Assembly: GCF_963921235.1 (NCBI RefSeq)
Contig: NC_086097.1
Location: 107,510,001 to 107,574,000, forward strand
Direction: 5' to 3'
Length of the DNA: 64,000 nucleotides
DNA from: Mobula hypostoma
Lineage: Eukaryota
The notes beneath the pieces were generated by a model that worked only from the letters and a program-made list of their open reading frames with translations, was not told where the DNA came from and did not search any database. This document shows positions 1 through 12,140 of the stretch, piece after piece (position 1 is the first letter of the stretch; each line of letters starts with the position of its first letter). The translations under genes were made by a program, and so were the position numbers.

Positions 1-420
1 TCTAGCTCCCCTGCACTTCCCCCAGCCCCCCGCACTCTTCCCCCAGCCCCCCGCACTCTTCCCCCAGCCCCCCGCACTCTTCCCCCAGCCCCTCCACACT
101 CTCCCCCTAGCCCCCCAGCACTCTCTCTCTCTACCCCTCTCTACCTTCTCTGTCTCTCTGTCTACTCTATCTCCTCTCTCTCTATCTCCCCTCTACCCCC
201 CCACTCTCCCTCTGCCCCCCACTCTCCCTCTACCCCCACACGCTACCCCTAACCCCCACAATCTCTCCCTATCTCCCCCTATAGCTCCCCGCACCCCCTC
301 TAGCCCCTCAACGTTCCCTCTCTAGTCCCCCACACACTCCCCCTATCTCCCCATCCCCCTGATCTCTCCCCCATCCCCTGCACTCTCCCCTATCTCACCC
401 ATCCCCCCTGCACTCTCCTT
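1..420. repeat. C/T-rich low-complexity degenerate minisatellite (CCCCAGCCCCCCGCACTCTT-like units, then CT-rich)
   Basis: Repeated ~20-bp units at 1-120, then pyrimidine-rich low complexity sequence. Confidence 0.85.
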
Positions 421-1352
421 GGATTAGTAAGTATGCAGATGATACTAAGATAAGTGGCCTTGTGGATAATGAAGTAGGTTTTCAAACCTTGCAGAGAGAT
501 TTAGGCCGGTTAGAAGAGTGGGCTGAAAGATGGCAGATGGAGTTTAATGCTGATAAATGTGAGGTGCTACATTTTGGTAGGACTAATCAAAATAGGACAT
601 ACATGGTAAATGTAGGGCATTGAAGAATGCTGTAGAACATTGGGATCTAGGAATAATGGTGCATAGTTCCCTGAAGGTGGAATCTCATGTGGATAGGGTG
701 GTGAAGAAAGCTTTGGTATGGTGGCCTTTATAAATCAGAGCATTGAGTATAGGAGTTGGGATGTAATGTTGAAATTGTATAAGGCATTGGTGAGGCCAAA
801 TTTGGAGTATTGTGTACAGTGCTGGTCACCGAATTATAGGAAAGATGTTAATAAAATTGAGAGAGTACAGAGGAGGTTTGCCAAAATGTTGCCTGGGTTT
901 CATCTCCTAAGTTACAGAGAAAGGTTGAACAAGTTAGGTCTTTATTCTTTGGAGCGTAGAAGGTTGAGAGGGGTCTTGATAGAGGTGTTTAAAATTATGA
1001 GGGGGAATGATAAGGAGACATGGATAGGCTTTTTCCATTGAGAGAGGGGGAGATTCAAAGAAGAGGACATGAGTTGAGAGTTAAAGGGCAAAAGTTTAGG
1101 GGTAACATGAAGGGGAACTTCTTTACTCAGAGAGTGGTGGCTGTGTGGAATGAGCTTCCAGCAGAAGTGGTTGAGGCAGGTTCGATGTTGTCATTTAAAG
1201 TTAAATTGGATAGATATATGGACAGGAAGGGAATGGAAGGTTATGGACTGAGTGCAGGCCGGTGGGACTAGGTGAAAGTTGGAGTTTGACATGGACTAGA
1301 AGGGCCAAGATGGCCTGTTTCCGTGTTGTAATTGTTATATGGTTATATGGTT
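421..1352 (+). mobile_element. CR1-type LINE 3' fragment (RT C-terminus and 3' UTR), frameshifted
   Basis: ISKYADDTK at ~424; ORFs 718-1041 and 1020-1271 give LYKALVRPNLEYC...FFTQRVVAVWN; ends in TATATGGT repeats. Confidence 0.9.
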
Positions 1353-1477
1353 AAATGGGTCTTCCAAATGGACAATGACAATAAACGCAAGCATACCTCT
1401 AAAGTTGTGGCAAAATTTTTTAAGGACAACAAAGTCAAGATATTGGAGTGGCCATCACAAAGCCCTGACCTCAATCT
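1353..1477 (+). mobile_element. Tc1 (Sleeping Beauty/salmonid-type) transposase fragment, second D of the DDE region
   Basis: [38 protein letters not shown] nearly matches the recalled SB sequence [39 protein letters not shown]. Confidence 0.85.
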
Positions 1478-1483
1478 CTTGTC

Positions 1484-1745
1484 CTGTATTTCCCCCGCTA
1501 AGGTAGAGCATTTCCATGAAACCTTTTGTGCTGAAATGGCGTAAAGCAAAGGAGCAATTACCATTAATTTATATGGGAAAAATTTTTGAGCATTCCCAGA
1601 CCCAAAAAATGACCTACCAAATCATAGCAAATAACACATAAAACCTAAAATAACTCTCACATATAATAAAAGCATTAATGATACGATAATTACACAGCCT
1701 ATATAAAGTAGAAATAATGTATGTACAGTGTAGTCGGGAAGATTA
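1484..1745 (-). mobile_element. Tigger/pogo-like element right-end fragment
   Basis: Reverse-complement similarity to the right part of the element at 12800-14416 (CAGCCTATATAAAGTAGAAATA, AATAACACATAAAACC). Confidence 0.65.
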
Positions 1746-1889
1746 AGCCAAAACCAATTTATGAAAAAAAATAGGCACATACGCACATGCGCATGTCACA
1801 TATGCGAATGTCACGCATGCGCACACAGATGCCCGTGCAAAGCTTCATGCCCATGGTAGTCTTTTTTGGGGTAAACACAAAGAGTCCAG

Positions 1890-1986
1890 TCAACACACAC
1901 AAAAATTGCTGGTGACCGCAGCAGGCCAGGCAGCATCTATAGGAAGAGGCACAGTCGACGTTTCGGGCCGGGACCCTTCGTCAGGA
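1890..1986 (-). ncRNA. Penelope-like pLTR fragment with minimal hammerhead ribozyme core
   Basis: Minus strand CTGACGA-AGGGTCCCGGCCC-GAAACGTC-GACTGT; the 5' strand of stem I is truncated. Confidence 0.7.
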
Positions 1987-2163
1987 TTTGTCTGCTACTT
2001 TTGTCCCTTATTTGGGAGTGAGAAAGTTGGCAACCTTAACTCTAAAAGATATGTTGAAGTGAGTTTAACCCTACTTGAACCCCCCTCCCCGGGTTGGTCG
2101 GTCCGCAAGAATATTGTCAATATTAAACCGGTCCGCGGTGCAAAAAGGGTTGGGGACCCCTGT

Positions 2164-2273
2164 CCTAACTGACCTAAGACAGGGAATGTTTCTAGGATTA
2201 AATGTCAGGAATTGTGAAAAACTGAGTTTAAATATATTTGGTTAAGGTGTATGTAAACTTCTGACTTCAACTG
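2164..2273 (+). mobile_element. Right terminal inverted repeat (outer part) of a Sleeping Beauty-type Tc1 element, followed by TA
   Basis: CCTAACTGACCTAAGACAGGGAAT...TAGGATTAAATGTCAGGAATTGTGAAAAA...AAGGTGTATGTAAACTTCTGACTTCAACTG|TA matches the recalled SB right IR/DR end with only scattered substitutions. Confidence 0.85.
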
Positions 2274-2305
2274 TACCTCACTTGGAAGATAAATGCCTTT
2301 TGTGA

Positions 2306-3142
2306 TGTTACGTACCCCATAACTGGGTTGCCAAACCAGCAGAAATGGACCACTTTGTTGGAGTCTGGATTACTGGAACTAAGAAAGTTTTATTAAAGAA
2401 AGAAGTAACACAGTACTCTAAACGTAAGGATATAAATGCAACGGGTTAGCAATGATAAAACACAGATGTACACAGAACTAGGATAATAGGAATCAATCAA
2501 GCTCCATAGCAGTCTAGGGGTAAAATGATCAGTTTCAAGTGACGCGCAGTTCAGTTCAATTCAGTTCGCAGTAATGGCTATTGTGCCGTTGGGGAGAGAG
2601 GGAGAGAGAGAGAGCGAATGATATTCAAATCGGATTCAAGCACACCTTTGATATTCCTTGCAGTTAGCTTTTGAGCGAGCCCTTTGTAATGTCTTCTGAG
2701 GTCACCGACTGTGACCCCTCCGTTCCAGATATGATCGTTCTTCCGCGGTGAACCCGGCACCCAGGCAAGGGCGGACACACACACCAGGTTTCCGCTGATC
2801 GTACCTTTCCACCCTGTGCGTCTATGGTCGGTCCCGCGACCAGACCTCCAAAACTCCCACCAACTTATGGGGGGGGGCTCAAAGCACTTCCAGGGTCTTG
2901 TTATCTCGTGGTGTCATGGTGTGCCCTTTGCCTTAGCGAACCTGTTCCTTCTAAACCCCTGCTGGGGTATCGCCTGTCCATCAAACTTCAAACAGTTCAG
3001 GTTCAAAGCAACCAGTCTGACAATACTCGGAACTGTGTCTCTTTTCGTTAATCTCTCTCATCTCTCATATTAGCATTTTGAATGTTTCCCCATTGTCTCT
3101 TTTATCGGCATCAATCTTCTGATAACTTGGTCTTTTGTCACA
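2306..3142 (-). repeat. 3' LTR of Gmr1-like element
   Basis: Direct repeat of 6419-7253; preceded on the minus strand by purine tract GAAGGGTAGGGG (3143-3154). Confidence 0.93.
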
Positions 3143-3199
3143 CCCCTACCCTTCAAAGGATTTTTACCGGGGTAAAAATTATAGGCATGAATACACTAT

Positions 3200-4130
3200 T
3201 AGATACACACAAATATACATGTTCGTCAGCTATTTGGCTAATACAGAGAACTTTAAGTTGTCAACACCTTGACAGACAGTCAGCAATCACATTTTCCGTT
3301 CCTTTTATATGTGTTATTTTAATAATCCTCTAAGACCAGGCTCCAACTTAGCAATCTTTTGTTTTTATCTTTCATAGTGGCCAAAAACACTAATGAGTTG
3401 TGATCAGTGGTTTTCGTCCCGGACACAGATAACAAAGGTCGTCCCACACCAACTTAGCATTCTTTGGCAAGGGCTTAGTAAGAGGGTGGGTAATATCCGC
3501 AAAATAAGTTTTTGCAAAACTTCCGATAGTACCCCACCATCTCCAAGAACCTTCTCAGGGCTCTCTTGTCTGTCGGGGTGGGGACTTCAGAGATAGCCCG
3601 CACCTTAGCTTGCATCGGAGCCAGCTGCCCCTATCCTTCCACAAATCCCATATTAGTGACTTTTGCGTGGCCGAATTCACTTTTTGCGAGGTTCACTGTC
3701 AGGCTGGCTTCAAACAGCCGTTTAAACAGCGCCACACTGTGCTCCTCCCACGTGTCACTCCAGACCATTACATGGCCAATATACGCTTCTGCGTTCTTTA
3801 GCCCTTTTGTCACTGAATTAATCATCCTATAGGAGCTCACTAGGCTGACCTGATGTGACGACAACACCATATCCTGGCTCTTTGCATCGCCTCTGGACAT
3901 CCGGACATACGTGTGTGTGCCGTTTAATTAGCTCTCTTAGCGGGTCGCTTTGTTCAGGGATTAAGGGAGAGACCTTATCAGCAAAGCTGGCCAAAACAAT
4001 AGACTCCTCCCATCTGGTCGACACCATACTTATCTTTTCAAAATGGGTTTTCCCCTTATCAGGTGGCACCCTAGCCTCATTAATTTCCGTGATAACACCG
4101 ACTAGGTTTGTTCACCTATCGTGGCAAGCT
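3200..4130 (-). pseudogene. Deleted and degenerate RT and RNase H remnants of the Gmr1-like element
   Basis: RMINSVTKGLKNAEAYIGHVMVWSDTWEEH...LTVNLAKSEFGHAKVT (decayed YIDD region, 3631-3900); RNaseH-end-like ENVIADCLSR near 3265-3300. Confidence 0.7.
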
Positions 4131-4131
4131 G

Positions 4132-6319
4132 TTAGCATACCAAAAGCCTGTAACTGTGTTCGCTCACGTCTACAATAGTCAATAACATCCTTCCTCCTGT
4201 GTGGCCAGTAGATTCCGCCGACTGTTTTCCTCCCCCCAAAATGTCCACCGAGGGGTATCTTGTGGGCCAGGTTAAGAATCTCATCCCCATAAATTTTGGC
4301 ACCACCCCCCATTCCTCATCTGCAGGCACGGTACTTGGTCTCCATTTCTTCCTTAGCATTCCCTCCTCCACACAATAGCCCACTGGCTCCGTTTTTAATT
4401 CTGCTTTGGAGAGAGCTGTCTCCGTCAAAACCATCAGCTCCTCGTCTCGCTCCTGTGCCTGTACAAATTCCTTCCTTGCTAATGATAAATCCACCTTAAT
4501 TTCCGTTTCACTATGCTGCTCCTCACTTTCTAACCCCTTCTGATACAAGGCTGGTAAAAACGTCTCAGCCAAAGTTATATTCACTTCGGCAGCCTTTCTG
4601 GACATGCGCCGAGTCACTGCGCAAACGGGATAAACCTGAGAGTCCATGGGCGGGGCCTCAATGCTGGCAGACAGGCCTGTCAATCTTACTGCTGGGTACA
4701 CCTCTCCGCCGGCGAGGTCATTACCGAGTAAGACCTCCACGTCTTTCATCGGTAGTTCGGGCCTCACCCCGATCGTGACCGATCCAGAGACCAAGTCGCT
4801 TTTTAGGTGTATCTGGTGCAAAGGTACTGCTTCAGTTCCTTTTCCAATGCCTTTTATGACCCTGACCTCCCCAGTCTGAGTCTCTGAACTAAAGTCTAAC
4901 ACAATCTTTAATATGAATGACTGACAAGCTCCAGTGTCTCTCCAGATCCGTACTGGAACTGGGTTTAACCCCTCCTTCACCAACACCAATCCGGCCGAGA
5001 TAAACTTCTCGCACCCTTCCTGAACTTTATCAGACCTCTTCTCTCCTAGCGGTTTGCTTACCAGCTCAGTACAGCCAGTCGGAACCGTTGTTTTCCCTTT
5101 TCCTGTCTCCTTCTTTGGGGCAAAGCACCTGGACACAAAGTGTCCGACTTTCCCACAATTATAGCATACGACCCCAGGAGACTTCCTACCAAACTGCTCC
5201 CTGTCTACCTTATCCTTCTCACTAGTCCCCGGCTTACTTTCTGACTTTTCTGGCGGACTCTCCCCGCCGTCCTGACTACCCTTCTGGTAGCCTTTACTCG
5301 GGGTAAACTTCGTTTTATGTGTCAACGCGTACTCATCCGCTAATTTAGCAGTTGCGGCTAAAGTGTCTGCCTCTTTATCGTCTAGGTAGGGTCTCATAAC
5401 TTCAGGGACACAACCTTTAAACTGCTTAATCAGGATGAGCCGTAGCAGTCTGTCATAATCCCCATTGACCCCTTTTGAGGCGCACCAACGCTCACAATAT
5501 GTCTGCAGCTCACGGGCAAACTCTAAACACGTGCGGCCCCACTGCTTCCTCGCATTCCGGAACCTCTGCCGGTATGCCTCCAGGACCAACTCATAAATCC
5601 TGAGTATGGCCTCTTTCACCACCTCATACCTCTGGGCATCTTCTGCAGACAAAGCCGAGTAAACTTGTTGGGCTTTTCCTTTAAGTACACTCTGAAGCAA
5701 AACAGCCCACTTATCCCTCGGCCAGTCCTGACTTGCAGCAACTTTTTCAAAATGGAGAAAGTACCGATCAACATCGGTCTCGTCAAATGGGGGAACCAGC
5801 CTAACCTCCTGGGTCGCCCTGAACCCTCCACCTTGGTTCGGCATGGGCCCCTGCGCTGCCATCATCTTTAACTTCTCCAGCTCAAATTCCCTTTCCCTCT
5901 GTTTCTCCAACTGCCTCTCTTCTCGCTCCAAACTGCCTCTCTCTCTCTTTCTCCTGCCATTCTAACTGCTTCTCTCTCTCTTGCCATTCTAACTGTTTCT
6001 CTCTGTCTTGCCGTTCTAACTGTTTCTCTTCATGTTCTAGCTGTCTTACCCGGAACTTGTGCTCGAGTCTCAATTTTTCCATCTGCACCTGTACTGCGTC
6101 TCCACCAGGTTTTCCAATAGATATCACCTCCAGCTCCCCTTGGGGAAACACACCTTTAGATACATAATGCTCTATGATAGCTCTGTGCATCTCCTCTCTC
6201 CTCACTGTCGACTTCCCCTTAAAAAGATTCAACCGTTTGGCCCCAGCTGCCAATTCTGATTTCCTGGCATCCTCTAATGCTTCCAAGGTCGGTGCCTTTA
6301 GAAATTCCTCAATCTCCAT
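4132..6319 (-). pseudogene. gag-protease-(integrase N-terminus) polyprotein, frameshifted near 5900 and 4300
   Basis: Coiled-coil repeats; PPFDETDVDRYFLHFEKVA...AYRQRFR capsid/SCAN-like region; CYNCGKVGHFVSRC knuckle; WRDTGACQS protease; HKIPLGGHFG zinc-binding start of integrase. Confidence 0.88.
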
Positions 6320-6395
6320 TTCTGCTGTTTGCCTTTTCTTTCTTTTGGAAATGTTAACCCAATCAATTTACCCCGTCTCAAATTTAGCGTTCAAA

Positions 6396-6414
6396 ATCCC
6401 GGATGAGAACCCCA
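6396..6414 (-). promoter_or_regulatory. Primer-binding site resembling the tRNA-Pro type
   Basis: Minus strand TGGGGTTCTCATCCGGGAT just inside the 5' LTR; the canonical tRNA-Pro PBS is TGGGGGCTCGTCCGGGAT. Confidence 0.7.
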
Positions 6415-6418
6415 CTTA

Positions 6419-7253
6419 TGTTACGTACCCCGTAACTGGGTTGCCAAACCAGCAGAAATGGACCACTTAGTTGGAGTCTGGATTACTGGAACTAAGAAAG
6501 TTTTATTAAAGAAATAAGTAACACAGTATTCTAAACTTAAGGATATAAATGCAACGGGTTAGCAATGATAAAACACCTGTACACAGAACTAGGATAATAG
6601 GAATCAATCAAGCTCTATCGCAGTCTAGGGGTAAAATGATCAGTCTCAAGTAACACAGAGTTCAGTTCAGTTTAGTTCAGTTCGCAGTAATCGCTGTTGT
6701 GCCGTTGGGGAGAGAGAGAGAGCGAATGATGATACTCAAATCGGATTCAAACAGACCTTTGATATTCCTCGCAGTTAGCTTTCGGGCGAGCCCTTTGTAA
6801 TGTCTTCTGAGGTCACCGACTATGACCCCTCCGTTCTGGATACGATTGTTCTTCTGCGGTGAACCCGGCACCCAGGCAAGGGCGGACACACACACCAGGT
6901 TCCCGCCGATCGTACCTTTCCACCCTGTGCGTCTATGGTCGGTCCCGCGACCAGACCTCCAAAACTCCCACCAACTTGTTGGGGGGGGCACAACGCACTT
7001 CCAGGGTCTCGTTATCTCGTGGTGTTGTGGTGTGCCCCTTGCCTTAGCGAACCTGTTCCTTTTATCCCCCTGCTGGGGTATCGCCTGTCCATCAAACTTC
7101 AAACAGTTTAGGTTCAAAGCAACCGGTCTGACAATACTCGGAACTGTGTCTCTTTTCGTTAATCTCTCTCATCTCTCATATTAGCATTTTGAATGTTTCA
7201 CCATTGTCTCTTTTATCGGCATCAATCTTCAGATAACTTAGTCTTTTGTCACA
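6419..7253 (-). repeat. 5' LTR of Gmr1-like element
   Basis: Direct repeat of 2306-3142, adjacent to the PBS. Confidence 0.93.
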
Positions 7254-7257
7254 GTGA

Positions 7258-7901
7258 GAGGAGAAAATGGCGGCGCGACACAGCGCGCTGCCACTCTAGT
7301 GATAAATATCTGTTATTTGTCAAGTAGGGTGCCATGCACAATTCTGATTTGATGGAGAGAGACGTGAGAGCATTGAGGAACATCTGGTGAAACTTCTGAA
7401 ATGCCTGTTCCTCTGCCGCTGCTACTGTGTGATCCAAAATCTCCGGAGAGGAAGGCCCCGAATCCTCAGCTTTGCTTGTTGCTCAGCGGTTGGGGTGGGG
7501 TCGAAGCGCTCGGCAGAGATGGTGCTCGGTGTCAGAGGGCTGGTCGGAGGCTCGAAGTTTTCGGATGAACTCAGAGTCGGACTATGGTCGGGTGCTTCCA
7601 GGATGCTGCATCGGCAAGTTTGCGGCGCTGGAGGCTCATGGTAGGGAGAGTTTCTCCCTGCTACCATCTGTGAGAGATGTTGGGGCTATTGGGACTTTCA
7701 GACTTTTTTTTAACCGTGCCCATGGTCTGCTCTTATCAAATTATAGTATTGTTGTAACTATATGTTAGAATTATGTGGTTTTAGTTTTGGTCTGTCCTGT
7801 GTTTCTGTGATATCATTCTGGAGGAACATTGTACCATTTTTTAATGCATGCATTTCTAAATGACAATAACGAGGACTGACTGTCCTCATAATCTAATCTA
7901 A
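7258..7901 (+). mobile_element. ~640-bp non-autonomous retroelement (SINE-like) starting AAAATGGCG with (TAATC)n tail
   Basis: Related copy in reverse at 39294-39925; no convincing ORF; tandem-repeat 3' tail. Confidence 0.65.
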
Positions 7902-8372
7902 ATGCACTTTCAAGTTGAATACAAGAAGGTAGAATACCGTATTTAGTTTCCACATCACCTGAACTCAACCTCTGAAGCTTTACTGGGTAAATCATTGGCT
8001 TTAGGGTCTTGGACTAAAGAAGAGGGAAAATCTTTGCCAGAGCTGTAGCCTCCCAGTAAGTCTGTTATGTTTGTCAGATGATAAAATGGGATTGATTTGG
8101 CCAATTAAAACAAAAAATGGCAGATGCTAGAAACTTGAAATAACCCAAACTTAAAACCGTGGTGATAATCAAGTGGAGTATTTTCAGCACTTGGTTTACA
8201 TATATCTTTGTAAAATTGGTTTATAGTTTGAATGGACAGATTTACAAATCACTAAAGGCAACTTGGATGAGGTGACAAAAGGGAACCGGGGCTGATAGAA
8301 TGAAAAAGTAATGAGGGGGAAATGGACTCTGAGCACCCTGTGAGGTAGCCAAAAAGAGGTAACTGTAAGTAG

Positions 8373-11230
8373 TATCATAGAAAATAGGTGCAGGAGTAGG
8401 CCATTCGGCCCTTCGAGCCTGCACCGCCATTCAGTATGATCGTGGCTGATCATCCAACTCAGAACCCTGTACCAGCCTTCCCTCCATACCCCCGATCCCT
8501 TTAGCCACAAGGGCCATATCTAACTCCCTCTTAAATATAGCCAATGAATTGGCCTCAACTGATTCCTGTGGCAGAGAATTCCACAGATTCACCACTCTCT
8601 GTGTGAAGAAGTTTTTCCTAATCTCGGTCCTAAAAGGCTTCCCCTGTATCCTCAATCTGTGACCCCTTGTTCTGGACTTCCCCAACATCGGGAACAATCT
8701 TCCTGCATCCAGCCTGTCCAATCCCTTTAGGATTTTATACGTTTCAATCAGATCCCCGCCCTCAATCTTCTAAATTCCAGCGAGTATAAGCCTAGTTCAT
8801 CCAGTCTTTCATCATATGAAAGTCCTGCCATCCCAGGAATCGATCTGGTGAACCTTCTTTGTACTCCCTCTATGGCAAGGATGTCTTTCCTCAGATTAGG
8901 GGACCAAAACTGCACACAATACTCCAGGTGTGATCTCACCAAGGCCTTGTACAACTGCAGTAGTACCTCCCTGCTCCTGTACTCGAATCCTCTTGCTATA
9001 AATGCCAGCATACCATTAGCCTTTTTCACTGCCTGCTGTACCTGCATGCCCACTTTCAATGACTGGTGTATAATGACACCCAGGTCTTGTTGCACCTCCC
9101 CTTTTCCTAACCGGCCACCATTCAGGTAATAATCTGTTTTCCTGTTTTTGCCACCAAAGTGGATAACTTCACATTTATCCACATTAAATTGCATCTGCCA
9201 TGAATTTGCCCACTCACCTAAACTATCCAAGTCACCCTGCATCCTCTTTACATCCTCCTCACAGTTAACACTGCCGCCCAGCTTCGTGTCATCTGCAAAC
9301 TTGGAGATGCTGCATTTAATTCCCTCATCCAAGTCATTAATATATATTGTAAACAACTGGGGTCCCAACACTGAGCCTTGCGGTACCCCACTAGTCACTG
9401 CCTGCCATTCTGAAAAGGTCTCGTTTATTCCCACTCTTTGCTTCCTGTCTGCTAACCAATTCTCTATCCACATCAATACCTTACCCCCAATACCGTGTGC
9501 TTTAAGTTTGCACACTAATCTCCTGTGTGGGACCTTGTCAAAAGCCTTTTGAAAATCCAAATATACCACATCCACTGGTTCTCCGCTATCCACTCTACTA
9601 GTTACATCCTCAAAGAATTCTATGAGATTTGTCAGACATGATTTTCCTTTCACAAAGCCATGCTGACTTTGTCCAGTGATTTCACCGCTTTCCAAATGTG
9701 CTGTTATCACATCTTTGATAACTGACTCTAGCAGTTTCCCCACCACCGATGTTAGGCCAACCGGTCTATAATTCCCTGGTTTCTCTCTCCCTCCTTTTTT
9801 AAGAAGTGGGGTTACATTAGCCAACCTCCAATCCTCAGGAACTAATCCGGAATCTAAAGAGTTTTGAAAAATTATCACTAATGCATCCACTATTTCTTGG
9901 GCTACTTCCTTAAGCACTCTGGGATGCAGACCATCTGGCCCTGGGGATTTATCTGCCTTTAATCCCTTCAATTTACCGAACACCACTTCCCTACTAACAT
10001 GTATTTCCCTCAGTTCCTCCATCTCACTGGACCCTCTGTCCCCTACTATTTCCGGAAGATTATTTATGTCCGCCTTAGTGAAGACAGAACCAAAGTAATT
10101 ATTCAATTGGTCTGCCATGTCCTTGCTCCCCATAATCAATTCACCTGTTTCTGTCTGTAGGGGACCTACATTTGTCTTAACCAATCTTTTTCTTTTCACA
10201 TATCTGTAAAAGCTTTTACAGTCAGTTTTTATGTTCCCTGCCAGTTTTCTCTCATAATCTTTTTTCCCCTTCCTAATTAAGCCCTTTGTCCTCCTCTGCT
10301 GAACTCTGAATTTCTCCCAGTCCTCAGGTGGAGCCACTTTTTCTGGCTAATTTGTATGCTTCTTCTTTGGAATTGATACTATCCCTAATTTCCCTTGTCA
10401 GCCACGGGTGCACTACCTTGATTTATTCTTTTGCCAAACTGGGATGAGCAATTCTTGAAGTTCATCCATGCAACCTTTAAATGCTTGCCATTGCGTATCC
10501 ACCGTCAACCCTTTAAGTGTCATTTGCCAGTCTATCTTAGCTAATTCACGTCTCATACCTTCAAAGTTACCCTTCTTTAAGTTCAGAACCTTTGTTTCTG
10601 AATTAACTATGTCACTCTCCATCTTAATGAAGAATTCCACCATATTATGGTCACTCTTACCCAAGGGGCCTCTCACGACAAGATTGCTAATTAACCCTTC
10701 CTCATTGCTCAAAACCCAGTCTAGAATAGCCTGCTCTCTAGTTGGTTTCTCGACATGTTGGTTCAAAAAATCATCCCGCATACATTCCAAGAAATCCTCT
10801 TCCTCAGCGTCCTTACCAATTTGGTTCACCCAATCTACATGTAGATTGAAGTCACCCATTATAACTGCTGTTCCTTTATTGCACACATTTCTAATTTCCT
10901 GTTTAATACCACCCTCAACCTCACTACTACTGTTAGGTAGCCTGTACAGAACTCCCACCAGCGTTTTCTGCCCCTCAGTGTTATGCAGCTCTACCCATAT
11001 CGATTCCACATCTTCCCGGCTTATGTCCTTCCTTTCTATTGTGTTAATCTCCTCTCTAACCAGCAACGCCACCCCACCTCCTTTTCTTTCATGTCTATCC
11101 CTCCTGAATGTTGAATATCCCTGAATGTTGAGCTCCCATCCTTGGTCACCCTGGAGCCATGTCTCTGTGATCCCAACTATATCATATTCATTAATAACAA
11201 TCTGCACTTTTAATTCATCCACCTTGTTAG
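8373..11230 (-). mobile_element. CR1-type LINE, 5'-truncated, ORF2 (APE endonuclease + RT) with frameshifts
   Basis: ORFs 10413-11264 (ITETW, GDFN, SDH), 8748-10337 (KSPGPDG, DFQKAFD, GVPQGSVLGP, FADDTK) and 8431-8721; 3' UTR at 8373-8460. Confidence 0.95.
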
Positions 11231-12140
11231 TAAATGCTTCCTCTGTAAAATGATTACCTGGCATTGCTTTATGCCAGTTCTCTCTTTCTATTTTAAAGAA
11301 GCATAATTATGGTATTTATTTATTCATAGGATTTAAGCATTACTGACAATAAGTTTTTTTCCTGAATGTTGCTGAAGCCATTTCTTACAGTAATCTCTAG
11401 TAATGTCTTTCTTTTTGGATGGCAACAGTAGTAGCCAGCTATTGCAGTCCAACAGATGTTCAGTAACTAATTGTAATGATCAGTGCCTTGGGAAGCCACT
11501 GCCTCGTTGTGTTAATCCCTGATAGAAACTGTTTCATCCTGGCAGTCTATTTCTGCTGACTTTCAAGAATGATGCAATTGGAGATCTCCAAAGAGCTGAT
11601 TTGTCCTTGATTGCTTCATTTTTGATAATGGTCTCTGATACTGCAAGTGATGTCTCATTTCTAGAGCAGCAACTTTGATACATTTGATGAATGCAGAGAG
11701 ATTAATCTGCCTCTTGGCCAAAGCACACTGACTTACTATATTTCACGGATATTTTTATCAAATGAAGAATAGATTATCCATGTTCACATACCTAAAAGTA
11801 AAGTTTGATGTTTGCTGCTTCTGTCTCCTCGTCCAGACAGGTTTCTTTGACCATCACACACTTGTCAAAGTACTGTAAGTTCTAAACATCAAAGAATCTC
11901 TTTTTTGAGAGCCTAAATGCAATGAATGAAATTTTCTGAACATTATTGGTGTTCCTGTCTTACAATGGACCAGATGGAACACTATAATTCTTAGATGTGT
12001 TCATTAATCTACACATTATTATCCAGAGGTTTAGTTTCCAGGGATCCTTTCGAGATATCCACTTGATCAGCATGAAAAGTGTAATGGCTTATAAGAATGG
12101 ATGTGGAGTAGACCAATAAGTATCTGTTATACTGCTAGCT

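Larger units (their letters stand above)
2306..7253 (-). mobile_element. Gmr1-like Ty3/Gypsy LTR retrotransposon, internally deleted
   Basis: Two ~835-bp TG...CA LTRs, 4-bp TSD GTGA (2302-2305, 7254-7257), PBS and PPT; order gag-PR-IN(HHCC) then RT and RNaseH remnants. Confidence 0.93.

Noticed and set aside
11270..12120. Unique-looking stretch as a possible host exon
   Set aside because: No ORF of 60 aa or more in the track and no recognisable peptide; small exons here or at 22360-23100 cannot be excluded without alignment.
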